Source of the DNA: an uncultured bacterium
GTDB taxonomy: Bacteria; Acidobacteriota; Thermoanaerobaculia; Multivoradales; JAHZIX01
DNA length: 64,000 bases
NCBI GenBank assembly: GCA_965368975.1
Contig: CBDUPA010000004.1
Location: 224,001 to 288,000, forward strand
Direction of reading: 5' to 3'
Shown here: piece by piece, positions 40,169 through 50,381 of the stretch
How positions within the stretch are numbered: position 1 is the stretch's first letter
How the letters are laid out: each line of letters starts with the position of its first letter
Made by a program: the position numbers and the translations under genes
Notes under the pieces: generated by a model
What the model was told of the DNA's origin: nothing
Seen by the model: the letters and a program-made list of their open reading frames with translations, nothing else
Database searches by the model: none

Positions 40169-42250
40169 TCAGTCGTAGCGCTCGATCTCCCTGATTGTGT
40201 AGGCAGTGCCGGCGACCTCTACTGCGTCGCCGGCACTCTTACCTAGCAGGGCTGAGGCCAGCTCGGACTCGTAGGAGATGATGTCTTCTTCGGGCTTGCT
40301 CTCCCACGGTCCGAGGATGGTCATTACTCGTGCCGTGCCGCTATCTGCCTGCAGATGCACGCGAGTCCCGATGCGCACGTCCTGCAGATCCAATCCAGCC
40401 GGCTGGATTGGCTGAACTCTGGATAGGTCGGAGTTGAGCGCGGCCAGGCGGGAGGACAGGTACTCATGGCGCTGTCGTGCCGACTTGTACTCGAAGTTCT
40501 CTCGCAGGTCGCCCATGGCGCGGGCTTCTTCGATCGCCTTGCGATTGGCAGGGAGTTCGACGCTCTTGAGGTGATTGAACTCCTCGCGCTTGGCCTCGAT
40601 CGAAGCCGGCAGGGCATAGAGCCCCATCTCTTCGTCCTTCCTTTGCAGCGCCGCGAATCGTAGGTGTAGGGCGTTGCGCAGTGCGTCGCGCTGGTAGTCC
40701 TCGAGCGCTGGTGCGCGCTCGATGGCACGGTCTGCCGCCTCTGCCTGTTCTTCGCTGAGGTGGGACAGCAGGCGCGGCACCGAGCCGCCGGACTCGACCA
40801 AGGGAACCAGGCGAGCGGCACGGAAGGACGCGAAGACTTCGTCCTGCATCGCGTGTAGCGTCTGCTGCAGCAGCTGCAGCGCATTGCGCTGGCGCAGCTG
40901 TTCGTCCTCGCCCGCGCGCTCGGCCAGCCACACGAAGGCACCCGGCTGGTTGCGGGGCTTGGCGAGCAGTTGGTCGACGAAGCGGTAGACGGTGTCGGGA
41001 TCTTGCCGATAGAGCGCCTCGTAGAGGACGTTGAGCGCTCGCGGATCGTTTTCTTTGGTCAGTAGCTCGGCGAAGATGGCGGCCCAGTCGTCGCGCTTCT
41101 CGTGCACCATCGTGTAGGCGCGCTCGCGCAACAGGCGGTCCTGGATGCCGGCGCAGGTCGCCACGACGGTGTCGCCTTGCAACAGGTTCTCAGCACTCCA
41201 GGCAGCGTCCTCGGGTGCGCCGCCGCTACGCTCGAGGGCGAACCAGACTTCGAACGCCAAGCTCGGATCCTGCTGCGAGTTGGCGCCGAGACGCAGCAAG
41301 GCGCCGCGCATTTTCTCGCGCAGCTTGGGAGCCCGGTCGCCCTCGCGCCGAAGCAGGTCCAGCTGGCGTCGCGAATCGGAGCGCTGGAAGGTCTGCCAGG
41401 CAGCGTCTTCGGCGTCTTCACTGGAGGCTGCCCAGCTGTAGGTCTGGCGTCCCTTGCTGTGGGTGACCACCTGCGGATGCTTGCGCGCCGCTGTCCACCA
41501 GCTCGCCCATTTCGCGTCCGGCACGACGCCGGACACGTCGGCGCGGATGTCGCCGGCGCTCATCGGTTCACCGTTGCTTTCGAGCACCAGACGTAGCATT
41601 TCCGGCGGATCCTCGGTCGCCAGCTTGCGCATGCCCTCGGGGTCTTCTAGCTTGCGCCGCAGTACGTGCTCGGGTGGCAGTGGCTTGAGCAGCTTGGCCG
41701 CGGCACGGAAGCCGACCGCCAGGGCCTTGTGCTTCTCGAAGTCGATGCGGAAAGCCTCCAGGTCGAGGTTGACCTCGATTACTTTGCCGACACCCTTGCC
41801 CTGCATCCACACGACCAAGCCGATGTCGAAGTCGATCAGTGTTCGGATTCGCTCTACCTTGTCCCAGGTCTTCTTGGTGTCTTGTGGCGCTTTGTGCAGG
41901 CCGAGTTTCTCGGCGAGCCCGTCGAAGCTCGGTCGGTCTTCATAGATGCGCCGGAGGGTGGCGACGATCATGGGGTGCAGCTTCTCGGCCTTGGGATGTA
42001 GCAGGGGGCCGGCTTTGTGCAGCATCTCCAGGCGCTCGGGCCACATCTCCTGTTCGCGCAGCTGATCGTCGAGCAACTCCAGCAGCGAGCGTGCACGGCT
42101 GTCTTCTCCGTTGCCGACCAGGGCACGGGCGACGCCGATGAAATAGTCGAGGTGTTCCGGCTCGTCGCCGATGCGGTTCAGCCACTCGTCTTCGATGGCT
42201 TGAAAGTCGCCCTTCTCCAGATTCTTCTTCGTCGTGCGGTCGATACTCAT
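40169..42250 (-). CDS. greA: Transcription elongation factor GreA with large N-terminal extension
   Basis: C-terminal AIEEARAMGDLRENFEYKSAR, V.IGT.V, ILGPWES and ISYES.LA..LLGK. Confidence 0.88.
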   Translation of the reverse strand: MSIDRTTKKNLEKGDFQAIEDEWLNRIGDEPEHLDYFIGVARALVGNGEDSRARSLLELLDDQLREQEMWPERLEMLHKAGPLLHPKAEKLHPMIVATLRRIYEDRPSFDGLAEKLGLHKAPQDTKKTWDKVERIRTLIDFDIGLVVWMQGKGVGKVIEVNLDLEAFRIDFEKHKALAVGFRAAAKLLKPLPPEHVLRRKLEDPEGMRKLATEDPPEMLRLVLESNGEPMSAGDIRADVSGVVPDAKWASWWTAARKHPQVVTHSKGRQTYSWAASSEDAEDAAWQTFQRSDSRRQLDLLRREGDRAPKLREKMRGALLRLGANSQQDPSLAFEVWFALERSGGAPEDAAWSAENLLQGDTVVATCAGIQDRLLRERAYTMVHEKRDDWAAIFAELLTKENDPRALNVLYEALYRQDPDTVYRFVDQLLAKPRNQPGAFVWLAERAGEDEQLRQRNALQLLQQTLHAMQDEVFASFRAARLVPLVESGGSVPRLLSHLSEEQAEAADRAIERAPALEDYQRDALRNALHLRFAALQRKDEEMGLYALPASIEAKREEFNHLKSVELPANRKAIEEARAMGDLRENFEYKSARQRHEYLSSRLAALNSDLSRVQPIQPAGLDLQDVRIGTRVHLQADSGTARVMTILGPWESKPEEDIISYESELASALLGKSAGDAVEVAGTAYTIREIERYD

Positions 42251-42369
42251 GGGTCGTACGATAGCAAAGTCCGAGGCGCTCGGTGCATCCTGTGGCGATC
42301 GTCGTTGGTGCCGGGGCGACGCCATACTGGCAAGTGCAGCCACGGCTGGTACACTGACGACGAACTGTG

Positions 42370-43131
42370 ATGGATGCCAAGCAGCAGCTACCGCAGCATC
42401 TGCGGGAGGCCGACGCCGAAACCTTACTGGCGCTGGTGCGTGCGCACCTGCCCGATCTCGACGCCCGGGATGCGCGCGCCGTCCTGCGCAATCCCTTCGC
42501 CGGCGTCGAGGTCATCGAGCTGCTGCTCGGTCGTCAGCGACTGACGGCGGCCTACGAGGTCCGACAAGCGCTTGTGCGTCATCCCGCGACGCCGCAGGCC
42601 GCGTCGCTGCGCTTGGCGCCGGGTCTGTTCTGGCGTGACCTGTTGGAGGTCAGCTTGGATTATCGGCTGGCCCCGGTGCTCCGTCGCACGGCGGAGCGCT
42701 ATCTGGTGGAGCGCCTGCCGGCGTTGACGCTGGGTGAGAAGATCTCGCTCGCTCGCCGAGCTGGTACGCGAGTCTTGACGCAGCTGCGCGCCGAACCCAA
42801 TTTGCGGGTGCTGACCGCTCTGCTCGAGAACCCGCGGTCGACCGAGGGGACGATTCTGCCCCTGGTCAGCCGTGCCGGCACACCGCCCGAAGTCCTGACG
42901 CGCATCGCCGAAGATCGTCGTTGGGGTGTGCGCTACTCGGTGCGACTGGCCTTGGCCCGCAACTCCAATACTCCCGCTTCCGTATCGTTGAAACTGCTGC
43001 GTGGCTTCAAGCGCGGTGACCTCCAAGGACTATCGAAGGATCTCCGCGTGGCGATGCCGGTCCGCCAACGGGCAAGAGAGTTGCTCCAAGGACGTCAGAA
43101 GGCTTCGCTTCGGGGGGACAGAGTGCTATAA
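42370..43131 (+). CDS. Hypothetical helical-repeat protein (HEAT/LRV-like)
   Basis: Repeated L..NP / HP.TP motifs; visibly similar to the C-terminus of the 44180 protein. Confidence 0.7.
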   Translation: MDAKQQLPQHLREADAETLLALVRAHLPDLDARDARAVLRNPFAGVEVIELLLGRQRLTAAYEVRQALVRHPATPQAASLRLAPGLFWRDLLEVSLDYRLAPVLRRTAERYLVERLPALTLGEKISLARRAGTRVLTQLRAEPNLRVLTALLENPRSTEGTILPLVSRAGTPPEVLTRIAEDRRWGVRYSVRLALARNSNTPASVSLKLLRGFKRGDLQGLSKDLRVAMPVRQRARELLQGRQKASLRGDRVL

Positions 43132-43133
43132 AT
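43124..43133 (+). promoter_or_regulatory. Possible extended -10 (TG-C-TATAAA) for the rodZ-like gene
   Basis: TGCTATAAAT about 35 nt upstream of ATG 43167. Confidence 0.35.
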
Positions 43134-43166
43134 GCAGCTGAAGCGACGCGCCGACAATCAAACTAG

Positions 43167-44183
43167 ATGAGCACCGCGAAACGCAACGAAGCCAAGACGC
43201 CTCCGTGGGGTGGTGATCCCGCCTCCAGCAGTCTGTCCTTTGGCACCTGGCTGCGCCAGCAGCGCGAGGTGAGAGAGATCGGTCTGCGCGAAATCGCCGA
43301 CAGCACCAAGATCAGCTTGCGCTACTTGGAGGCCTTCGAGCAGGATCGCTACGACCTGCTGCCCGCCCGCGTCTTCTCGCGCGGTTTCCTGCGTCAGTAT
43401 GCCGGCTACGTCGGCCTCGACCCGGAGGAAGTGGTCAACAACTTCATCTGGGCTCAGAAGGCTCTGGAGCCGGAAGGCGAAGAGGAACTTCCCGAGATGG
43501 CTCCCGACGAGTCTCGGGAATCGCCGCCGTGGCTGATGATCGTCGTGATCTTGTTGCTGCTCGCGGCGCTGGTCGTGGCGCTGATCTACTGGCGCTCGGG
43601 TGATGACGACGAAGCCGGTGCTCGCGAACCTTTTCTGCCGCCCACCTCCGGGGCTGTGAGTTCTCCGGCGCCTGCGGTCAGCACGCCGGCCGGTGTTCAG
43701 ACCGGGACGCAGACGGTGGCCGGCCAGGACGGAGAGGGTGCGTCGACCGAAAGTCCTGGAGATGGCGCGTCGACAGACGGCACCGTAGACGCGGAGAGTG
43801 TCACCCTCGCCGACGTGACCGCGGCAGGTGGTGAAACCGAGGTGCCACCGGCGCAAACTGTGCGCCGCGCCGCCGAGGCTTCTACGGCTCCGCTGCGCGT
43901 TACCCTCGAATTCGAACAAGACTGCTGGGTCGAGATCTCGCTCGACAACGGCCGACGCCGGATCTCGCAGACCTACCAGGCGACCCAGGCCGAGTTGTTG
44001 GAAGCCCGGCGCGTCGTGCTGCTGCGCAAGTTGGGCAACGCCGGAGGCGTTCGTGTTCACGTCAATGGCTACCCGATGCCACTGGAAGCGGCTCCGGGGC
44101 AGGTGCTGAGCAACGTTCGGATCGACCTCGAAACCGTTCGGCGCCTGGAATCCAGTCTCTCGAATCCGGGAGCAGGGGCGTGA
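43167..44183 (+). CDS. rodZ: RodZ-like protein (HTH_25, TM, DUF4115)
   Basis: FG.WLRQQRE...IA..TKIS..YL.A.E...RGFLRQYA.YVGLD; single TM; CWVEI..D...GNAGGV.V.VNG. Confidence 0.85.
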   Translation: MSTAKRNEAKTPPWGGDPASSSLSFGTWLRQQREVREIGLREIADSTKISLRYLEAFEQDRYDLLPARVFSRGFLRQYAGYVGLDPEEVVNNFIWAQKALEPEGEEELPEMAPDESRESPPWLMIVVILLLLAALVVALIYWRSGDDDEAGAREPFLPPTSGAVSSPAPAVSTPAGVQTGTQTVAGQDGEGASTESPGDGASTDGTVDAESVTLADVTAAGGETEVPPAQTVRRAAEASTAPLRVTLEFEQDCWVEISLDNGRRRISQTYQATQAELLEARRVVLLRKLGNAGGVRVHVNGYPMPLEAAPGQVLSNVRIDLETVRRLESSLSNPGAGA

Positions 44184-45211
44184 TCCAGAGCCAGAATCCC
44201 CTAGTACAGCAGGTGCTCTCCGGGGCCAATCGGCAGTTGACGGTGATGGCCGCGCAAGGTCTGGTGCCGATTCCGCCGAACGAGCTGATTCCACTGCAAG
44301 TCATGCTGGCACAGGGGGGGGATCCTGAGGTCTCGCAAGCGGCGACTCAGGCCTTGCAAGACTTGGATCCTCGCTTGGCAGCTCAGTATCTGGGCAGCGA
44401 GGCCCCGCCGTCGGTACTGACCTACTTCGCGCTCGAGATCGAAGCCGCACCGGCGCTCGAGGCCATCCTGCGGCGTCGCGACATACCGAGACAGCTGCTA
44501 GTCGCGATCGCCCCCAACCTGACGGCAGAGCTGCAAGAGGTACTGCTTCTGCGGCAGGACGCGATCCGTGAGAAGCCAGCCATTCTCGATGCCTTGGAGC
44601 GCAACCCGCAGCTGAGCAGCTTTGCACGCCGCCGGATCGGTGAGTATCGTGAGCATCTCGTGCGCACCCCGGAAGCCTCTCCGGCAGTGCCCCAGCCGGC
44701 CGCCGAAAGGGATGCCGAGGTTGACGAAGCCGCAAGCGTCGCCGAGGCTGCGGTTGCAGAAAGCTCTAAAGGAGAAGAGCCCGACATCAGCGATCCGGCG
44801 AACCTGACAGACGTCCAGATCCGTTCGCTGCCCTTGCCGTTGCGCATGAAGTTGAGCCGCGAGGCCAACACGCGCACGCTGCGCTCCATCCTGATTCGCG
44901 ATACCAATTCGACGGTTGCTCTGTCGACCCTGGAGAATAATAATTTCTCGGAACCGGAGATTGAGGGCGTCGCCAGTAATCGCAACATGAAAGAAGATGT
45001 CCTGCAGGCCATATTGCGCAATCGTCAGTGGATGAGCAAGTACGCGATCATGGCTGCGGTCACCCGCAATCCGAAGGCGCCGATCAACCAGACGCTACGT
45101 CTGGTGCCGCGGCTGTCCATGCGCGATCTGAGAGATTTGCGCAAGGATCGCAATGCCGCTGATGCGGTGCGCAAGATGGCCGATCGTCTCTACAAGGCCA
45201 AGATGCGCTAG
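44180..45211 (+). CDS. Hypothetical helical-repeat protein
   Basis: RSILIRDTN..V...LEN, W..KY....A..RNPK.P and DL..L.KD. GTGA overlap with rodZ. Confidence 0.75.
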   Translation: MIQSQNPLVQQVLSGANRQLTVMAAQGLVPIPPNELIPLQVMLAQGGDPEVSQAATQALQDLDPRLAAQYLGSEAPPSVLTYFALEIEAAPALEAILRRRDIPRQLLVAIAPNLTAELQEVLLLRQDAIREKPAILDALERNPQLSSFARRRIGEYREHLVRTPEASPAVPQPAAERDAEVDEAASVAEAAVAESSKGEEPDISDPANLTDVQIRSLPLPLRMKLSREANTRTLRSILIRDTNSTVALSTLENNNFSEPEIEGVASNRNMKEDVLQAILRNRQWMSKYAIMAAVTRNPKAPINQTLRLVPRLSMRDLRDLRKDRNAADAVRKMADRLYKAKMR

Positions 45212-45332
45212 TCGCCTTCGTCCAGGTGGGTTGGCGGGGCGAGTGTGAGAAGTTCGGGGGCGAGCTGTTATCTGCTGTGGCTATGATGCGTTAGACTAGC
45301 CAAATGGACCTTCCTTCTACCCGAATCGAGAG

Positions 45333-45977
45333 ATGAAAACGAGTTTTTACGACGTTCTCGGCGTGGCGCAGAATGCTACGACCGAGCAGATCCGGAGCCG
45401 CTTCCTGGAAATGGCGAGGCGTATGCACCCGGACCGATTCCCGGCGCAGGAGAAGGCGCAGGCAGAGACAGAGTTCCAAAAAGTCACGGAGGCCTTCAAC
45501 GTCCTCACCGATCCCGACCGCCGGCGCGAGCACGATGTACTCCTGGCGCGTCCAGCGAGCACCGGTCCAGACCCGAAGCAGGCGGCACGCGTCTACATGC
45601 AACGCGGGGTCAAGGAATACAGGGATGGCAACTTTTCGGCTGCGGCCGAGAACTTCCTTCGAGCCACCAAGGAGTCACCGCAAGAAGCCAAGCCTTGGTA
45701 CCATCTGGCCTTGGCTTGCAGCAAGCAGGAACAGTTCCTCGAGCGCGGTCTGCAGGCGGTTCGTAGAGCTTGTGAACTTGATCAGATGAATGTGACTTAC
45801 TATAAGCTTGCTGGTGTGTTGTTCCAGCGCGCCGGGCAAGCCGAAGAAGCGACCCGATACTATAATGCAGCCTTGAAATGGGGCGATGACGATCCATCGA
45901 TACGCGAGGCGCTGCAGCAGCTGAGTGGAGGCGCGCGCAAGGGTGGGCTGGCACGCCTGTTCGGAAGGGATACCTGA
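45333..45977 (+). CDS. J-domain (DnaJ) protein with TPR repeats
   Basis: FYDVLGV...HPD...EAFNVL.DP..R; TPR helices follow. Confidence 0.88.
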   Translation: MKTSFYDVLGVAQNATTEQIRSRFLEMARRMHPDRFPAQEKAQAETEFQKVTEAFNVLTDPDRRREHDVLLARPASTGPDPKQAARVYMQRGVKEYRDGNFSAAAENFLRATKESPQEAKPWYHLALACSKQEQFLERGLQAVRRACELDQMNVTYYKLAGVLFQRAGQAEEATRYYNAALKWGDDDPSIREALQQLSGGARKGGLARLFGRDT

Positions 45978-46843
45978 TGCTGCGGATCAAGGCTTGCGGG
46001 CTGTCCGACGTAGGGATGGCGCGGAGCCACAATGAAGATTGCTTCGGCATCGATCCGGAGAACCTCCTGTTCGTCGTTGCCGACGGCATGGGCGGGCATA
46101 GCCATGGCGAAGTCGCTTCGCGCATTGCGGTGGATTCCGTGCAGGAGTTCATCGAACGGACCTCTCCGCGCAATCGCCGCCGCCGCTCCGCGGAAGGTCG
46201 CCGCCGGATGGCTACGGTGGACATGGAAACCACCCACTCTGAGCTGACCGAGGAAGACACCACTGACATCGATCTCGATGACGCCTATCCCGGTCAGACG
46301 CTCGAGAAGGCTATCCACAGCGCCCACGATCGCGTTCTCGGTGCCATTCGCGAGGATGGTTCCCTCTACGGCATGGGCACGACCTTGGTCGGTATCCTGG
46401 TTCGCCACGGTGTCGCCGCGATTGCCCACGTCGGTGATAGCCGCGCCTATCGCATCCGCGACGGCGAGATGCGGTTGATCACGCAGGACCACACCTGGGT
46501 CAACGAACAGGTCGTGGCTGGTTTCCTGTCCGAGGAACAGGCGCGGGTGCACCCACTCAAGAACGTCATCACGCGTGCCCTGGGTGGCGAGAGCGAAGTG
46601 CAGGTCGATGTCGATCAGGTCAATCTGGTTCCTGGTGACCTCTACATGCTGTGCTCTGACGGCTTGACGACCATGCTCACGGACAACGAGATTCACCAGC
46701 TGGTCGAGCAAGAGAACAGCCTCGAGGACGTGTGCCGTGCCTTGGTCCAGGAGGCCAACGATCGCGGCGGCGTCGACAACATCACGGTGCTGCTGTTCGA
46801 GGTCGAGGAACTGCTCGACGACGAAGTGACCCAGGAAGCCTGA
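45977..46843 (+). CDS. PP2C-family Ser/Thr phosphatase (Stp1/PrpC-like)
   Basis: NED, VADGMGG, MGTT, HVGDSRAY, ITRALG, LCSDGL and GGVDNIT. Confidence 0.95.
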   Translation: MLRIKACGLSDVGMARSHNEDCFGIDPENLLFVVADGMGGHSHGEVASRIAVDSVQEFIERTSPRNRRRRSAEGRRRMATVDMETTHSELTEEDTTDIDLDDAYPGQTLEKAIHSAHDRVLGAIREDGSLYGMGTTLVGILVRHGVAAIAHVGDSRAYRIRDGEMRLITQDHTWVNEQVVAGFLSEEQARVHPLKNVITRALGGESEVQVDVDQVNLVPGDLYMLCSDGLTTMLTDNEIHQLVEQENSLEDVCRALVQEANDRGGVDNITVLLFEVEELLDDEVTQEA

Positions 46844-46876
46844 GCTCCCCGGGTCGGCTTCCGCCCGCCGGTGAGA

Positions 46877-47974
46877 CTAGCTCGGGTCGCCGAAGGTATA
46901 CCCTTCGCGTGCTTTGACCTTCAACTCGTCGTTCACCGTCCGTACCTCGACCTTCTGGTAGCCCGCGTCCCCCTGCGGATGCTCGGAGCGATAGGTCAGC
47001 AGGTAGTAGCCGTTGGTGGTCTCGGAAACCCGGCGTAGCGGCTTGATGAAGTTGTTGAAGTTGAACAGGTAGTCGCCGCCGGTGTCGAGGGCGAGCACGT
47101 TCATGGCATCCTGCATCGTGTGATCGACGCCGGGTGGAGCCAGGTCGATGGCGTAGACAGCGACGTTGTTGTCGTTGAGGGCCTGCACCATCGGTGGATA
47201 GTAGCGAGTGTCCGGGCGGTACTGACCGAAGCTCGACACCTGGCCGAAGCCGAGGGTGAAGAGGAGTAGGTTCTTGCGTCCTTGGACGCTGCCCGAGGCC
47301 TCGGAAAGGATCTGCAGAGCTTCGTAGATGGTGGGTGTCGCGTCCCGCAGTTCACGGCCTTGGGGCAGGTTACGGGCTAGGGAGAGCGGGGCATCTTCGT
47401 CGATGCGCGATGGCCAGTTACTCGGGTCCTTGCCCTGCATGGCGCGATCGATGGCGGCGGTCAAGGCGGTGCGATCCTGGGTGAAGTCCTGGTGTAGCTT
47501 GAGCTTGTAGTTGTAGCTGACTACCGCCACATAGTCACCGGGGAGGAGTTCTTGTTCCACCCACTGCTTGCTCTTCTGGGCCGCGTTCATCTGCTGTGTG
47601 AGGATGCCGGGGGCTTCGCCGGCGCGGCTCCGCTGATCGTCGAAGAAGAGGATGAACAGGCGATCCTGGGGAACCTCGTTGAAGTTGATACCCTGGCAAC
47701 GGAGTTCGTCGGCCGAGGACACGAGGGCGCGGTTGCTGTAGAAGGTGACGCTCTCGAGTTGCACAGGCTTGCCGTCTTCCTCGATCACGAAGTCCTCTTT
47801 GGTCAGACCCAGAATGACGTTGCCGTCCCTGTCGTTGACCAGGACGTCGAGCGCGACCTCGCTGACCTGTAACTGCTCGCCGAACCGAGATGTGGGTTCC
47901 TGGGCCGAGGCGAGGTGAGGCAGGGCAAAGACGGTCAACAGAGGAACGAGGAGGGGGATGAGGCTACGAGACAT
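46877..47974 (-). CDS. Secreted VWFA-related (acidobacterial-type) protein
   Basis: Signal peptide; V.D.DG..I.GL..EDF.I.EDG; LA.DTGG; YYLL.Y...V..REGY. Confidence 0.85.
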   Translation of the reverse strand: MSRSLIPLLVPLLTVFALPHLASAQEPTSRFGEQLQVSEVALDVLVNDRDGNVILGLTKEDFVIEEDGKPVQLESVTFYSNRALVSSADELRCQGINFNEVPQDRLFILFFDDQRSRAGEAPGILTQQMNAAQKSKQWVEQELLPGDYVAVVSYNYKLKLHQDFTQDRTALTAAIDRAMQGKDPSNWPSRIDEDAPLSLARNLPQGRELRDATPTIYEALQILSEASGSVQGRKNLLLFTLGFGQVSSFGQYRPDTRYYPPMVQALNDNNVAVYAIDLAPPGVDHTMQDAMNVLALDTGGDYLFNFNNFIKPLRRVSETTNGYYLLTYRSEHPQGDAGYQKVEVRTVNDELKVKAREGYTFGDPS

Positions 47975-48169
47975 GGGATTCTCCTTTCCTACCGAAGTTC
48001 ACAGACACCTGAAGTAGAAGCAAGGGGTATGCCAGAGGTCACAGGAGCCCGCGGCCGGGGGCCCTGGCCATGGAAGTGGTGCTGTGGCCGTGGCGTGCCC
48101 GTCCTGCGACGGCGACGCCAGTGTCCTCTTCGAGATGGGCCGCCATCCTCGCGGACGAGCGATCGAGCG

Positions 48170-50362
48170 TTAGGGGTAGGCGGCGTAGAAGCCGCCCCTG
48201 GCGGCGATGTCGAGCAAGGCCTGGCTGGGGAGGAAACGATCACCACAGGCGGTGCTCAGGCGTTCCATCTGACGCGCCAGTTCACCGCAGCCGAGCTGGT
48301 CGACCCAGCGGCACAGGCCGCCACGGAAGGCCGGGAAGCCGGCGCCCAGGATGAGGGCGAGATCGATGTCTGCAGCCTGTGACACGACGCCTTCCTGCAA
48401 GCAGCGCGCCGCCTCGTTGACCATGGGCATGACCATGCGGTCGACGAGCTGCTGGCGGTCGCTGCTCTCGCCGCGCTCGTCTCGATCTCCTCGGCCGCCG
48501 CCAGGCAGTCCCAAGAGGCTGTAGACCTCGGTGTCGATGCCGCAGCGCTGGCCATTCTCGTACCGGTAGAAGCCGAGTTGCGCCTTGGAGCCCAGGCGGC
48601 CGGCGTCGATCAGGGCTGCTTGCCAGTCCGCCCTGGGCATCGGCAGGCGAGAGCCGAAGGTGTCGGCCAGGATGGCGGCGACCTCGATGGCGATGTCGAT
48701 GCCGATCTCGTCGAGCAGCGCGAACGGGCCGACCGGCATTCCCCAGTCGACCATGAGGGCGTCGAGTTCGTCCAGGGTGCGCCCCTCGGCCAGCAGCCAC
48801 AGGGCTTCGAGCAGGTAGAAGGTCAGCAGGCGGTTGACCAGGAAGCCGGGGCTGTCCCGTACCAGGATCGGCGTCTTGCCCAACCCTTCAACGAAGGCCG
48901 AGACCGTAGCCAAGGTGGTTTCGTTGGTGTGGCTGCCGGCGATGACCTCGACCAGTGGCATGCGCGCGACCGGGTTGAAAAAGTGCAAGCCGACGACGCG
49001 CTCGGGGTGCAGCTGCTGTACCGCTAGGCCCTCGGCGAGGTGGTCGATCGACAGAGACGACGTGTTGCTGGCCAGCACGGTGGTCTCGGGCACGCGCTGG
49101 GCGAGCTGCGCCAGGACCTGCTGTTTCTCGTTCAGGCTCTCGACGATGGCCTCGACCACCAGTTGGGTGTGACGAAACCCACTCCAGTCCAGGCACGGCT
49201 GGATGCGACCGAGGATGGTGCGGCTCTGCTCGGCGCTCAGACGGCGCCGCTGCTGCTTGTTGTACAAGCGTTGGCCGGCACGCCGTAGTCCTCGAGCCAG
49301 CGCCCGTGGGTCCTGGTCGTGCAGGCGTACCGGGATGCCTCCCTTCTCGGCTGCCAGCAAGGCGATCGCCCCACCCATGACGCCGGCACCCACGACGCCA
49401 AGTCGCTCAACCGAGACACCGGTTGCCGCGGCGGGCTGCCCTTGCCTCGCTTCCGCCCGGCGCCGGCGCCGGGATACCTGGGTCAGCTGGTAGACGTGGA
49501 TCTGGTTCTGCGTCACCGAGTCGGTCAGCAGTTCGGCGGCCGCGCGCACCTCGGCGTCGAAACCGGCGTCCGCACCCTTCTCGATTCCCACCTGCACGAC
49601 TTCGATGGCGCGCAGGGGGGCGGCGTAGGAGCGGTGTGTCTTGCCCAGCGTCTTCTTGCGTGCCTGGTCGAAGACGATGCGGCGACTGAGCGGGTTCTTC
49701 TCCAGTAGCAGCTCGCGCAGCTGGTGCTCTTCGCGCACCGGACCTTCCCCGTGCTGCAGCCGGGTGCCGAAGTCGCGGGCGTGGTGCAGGAAGGAGGCGT
49801 CTGGCACTACGGCGTCTGCCAGGCCTAGCTGCAGTGCTTTGGTCGAGGTCAGGCCGCGACCCGTCAGGATGACATCGAGGGCGTCGCGGATGCCGATGCG
49901 GCGCGGTAGGCGCACGCAGCCGCCCCAGGCTGGCACCAGCCCCAGGCGCACCTCGGGTAGGCCGATCCGCAAGTCGTTGCTATCGCTCAGCAGGCGTGCG
50001 CTGCACGCCAGTGCCAGTTCCGTACCGCCGCCCATACAGGTACTACGAATGGCGGCCAGGGTCGGGAACGGTAGGTCTTCCCAGGCCTGGAACAGGCGCT
50101 GTCCGGCGCGGGCACCGGCGGCACCTTGCTCCGGCTCGGTGACAGCTCGCAACAGGGCAATATCGGTACCGTGGCAGAAGGAGCCGGGCTTGGCCGAGAG
50201 CAGGACCAAGCAGCGGATGTCGGTGCGCCCGGCCAGCTCGTCGAGCAACGCGTCGAACTGCTCGAGGGCTGGCCGGTCGAACAGGTTGACGCTGTGCCCT
50301 GGATGATCGAAGACCAGGGTGGCCAGGCCATCATCACCCGTGTGCAGCCGAAAGATGTTCAC
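48170..50362 (-). CDS. fadJ: Fatty-acid oxidation multifunctional enzyme (enoyl-CoA hydratase plus 3-hydroxyacyl-CoA dehydrogenase), FadJ-like
   Basis: GGGTELAL, GLPEVRLG, GAGVMG, ASNTSSL, HFFNPV and GFLVNR. Confidence 0.88.
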   Translation of the reverse strand: MNIFRLHTGDDGLATLVFDHPGHSVNLFDRPALEQFDALLDELAGRTDIRCLVLLSAKPGSFCHGTDIALLRAVTEPEQGAAGARAGQRLFQAWEDLPFPTLAAIRSTCMGGGTELALACSARLLSDSNDLRIGLPEVRLGLVPAWGGCVRLPRRIGIRDALDVILTGRGLTSTKALQLGLADAVVPDASFLHHARDFGTRLQHGEGPVREEHQLRELLLEKNPLSRRIVFDQARKKTLGKTHRSYAAPLRAIEVVQVGIEKGADAGFDAEVRAAAELLTDSVTQNQIHVYQLTQVSRRRRRAEARQGQPAAATGVSVERLGVVGAGVMGGAIALLAAEKGGIPVRLHDQDPRALARGLRRAGQRLYNKQQRRRLSAEQSRTILGRIQPCLDWSGFRHTQLVVEAIVESLNEKQQVLAQLAQRVPETTVLASNTSSLSIDHLAEGLAVQQLHPERVVGLHFFNPVARMPLVEVIAGSHTNETTLATVSAFVEGLGKTPILVRDSPGFLVNRLLTFYLLEALWLLAEGRTLDELDALMVDWGMPVGPFALLDEIGIDIAIEVAAILADTFGSRLPMPRADWQAALIDAGRLGSKAQLGFYRYENGQRCGIDTEVYSLLGLPGGGRGDRDERGESSDRQQLVDRMVMPMVNEAARCLQEGVVSQAADIDLALILGAGFPAFRGGLCRWVDQLGCGELARQMERLSTACGDRFLPSQALLDIAARGGFYAAYP

Positions 50363-50381
50363 CGCGAGGCCGCGTCGAGCG

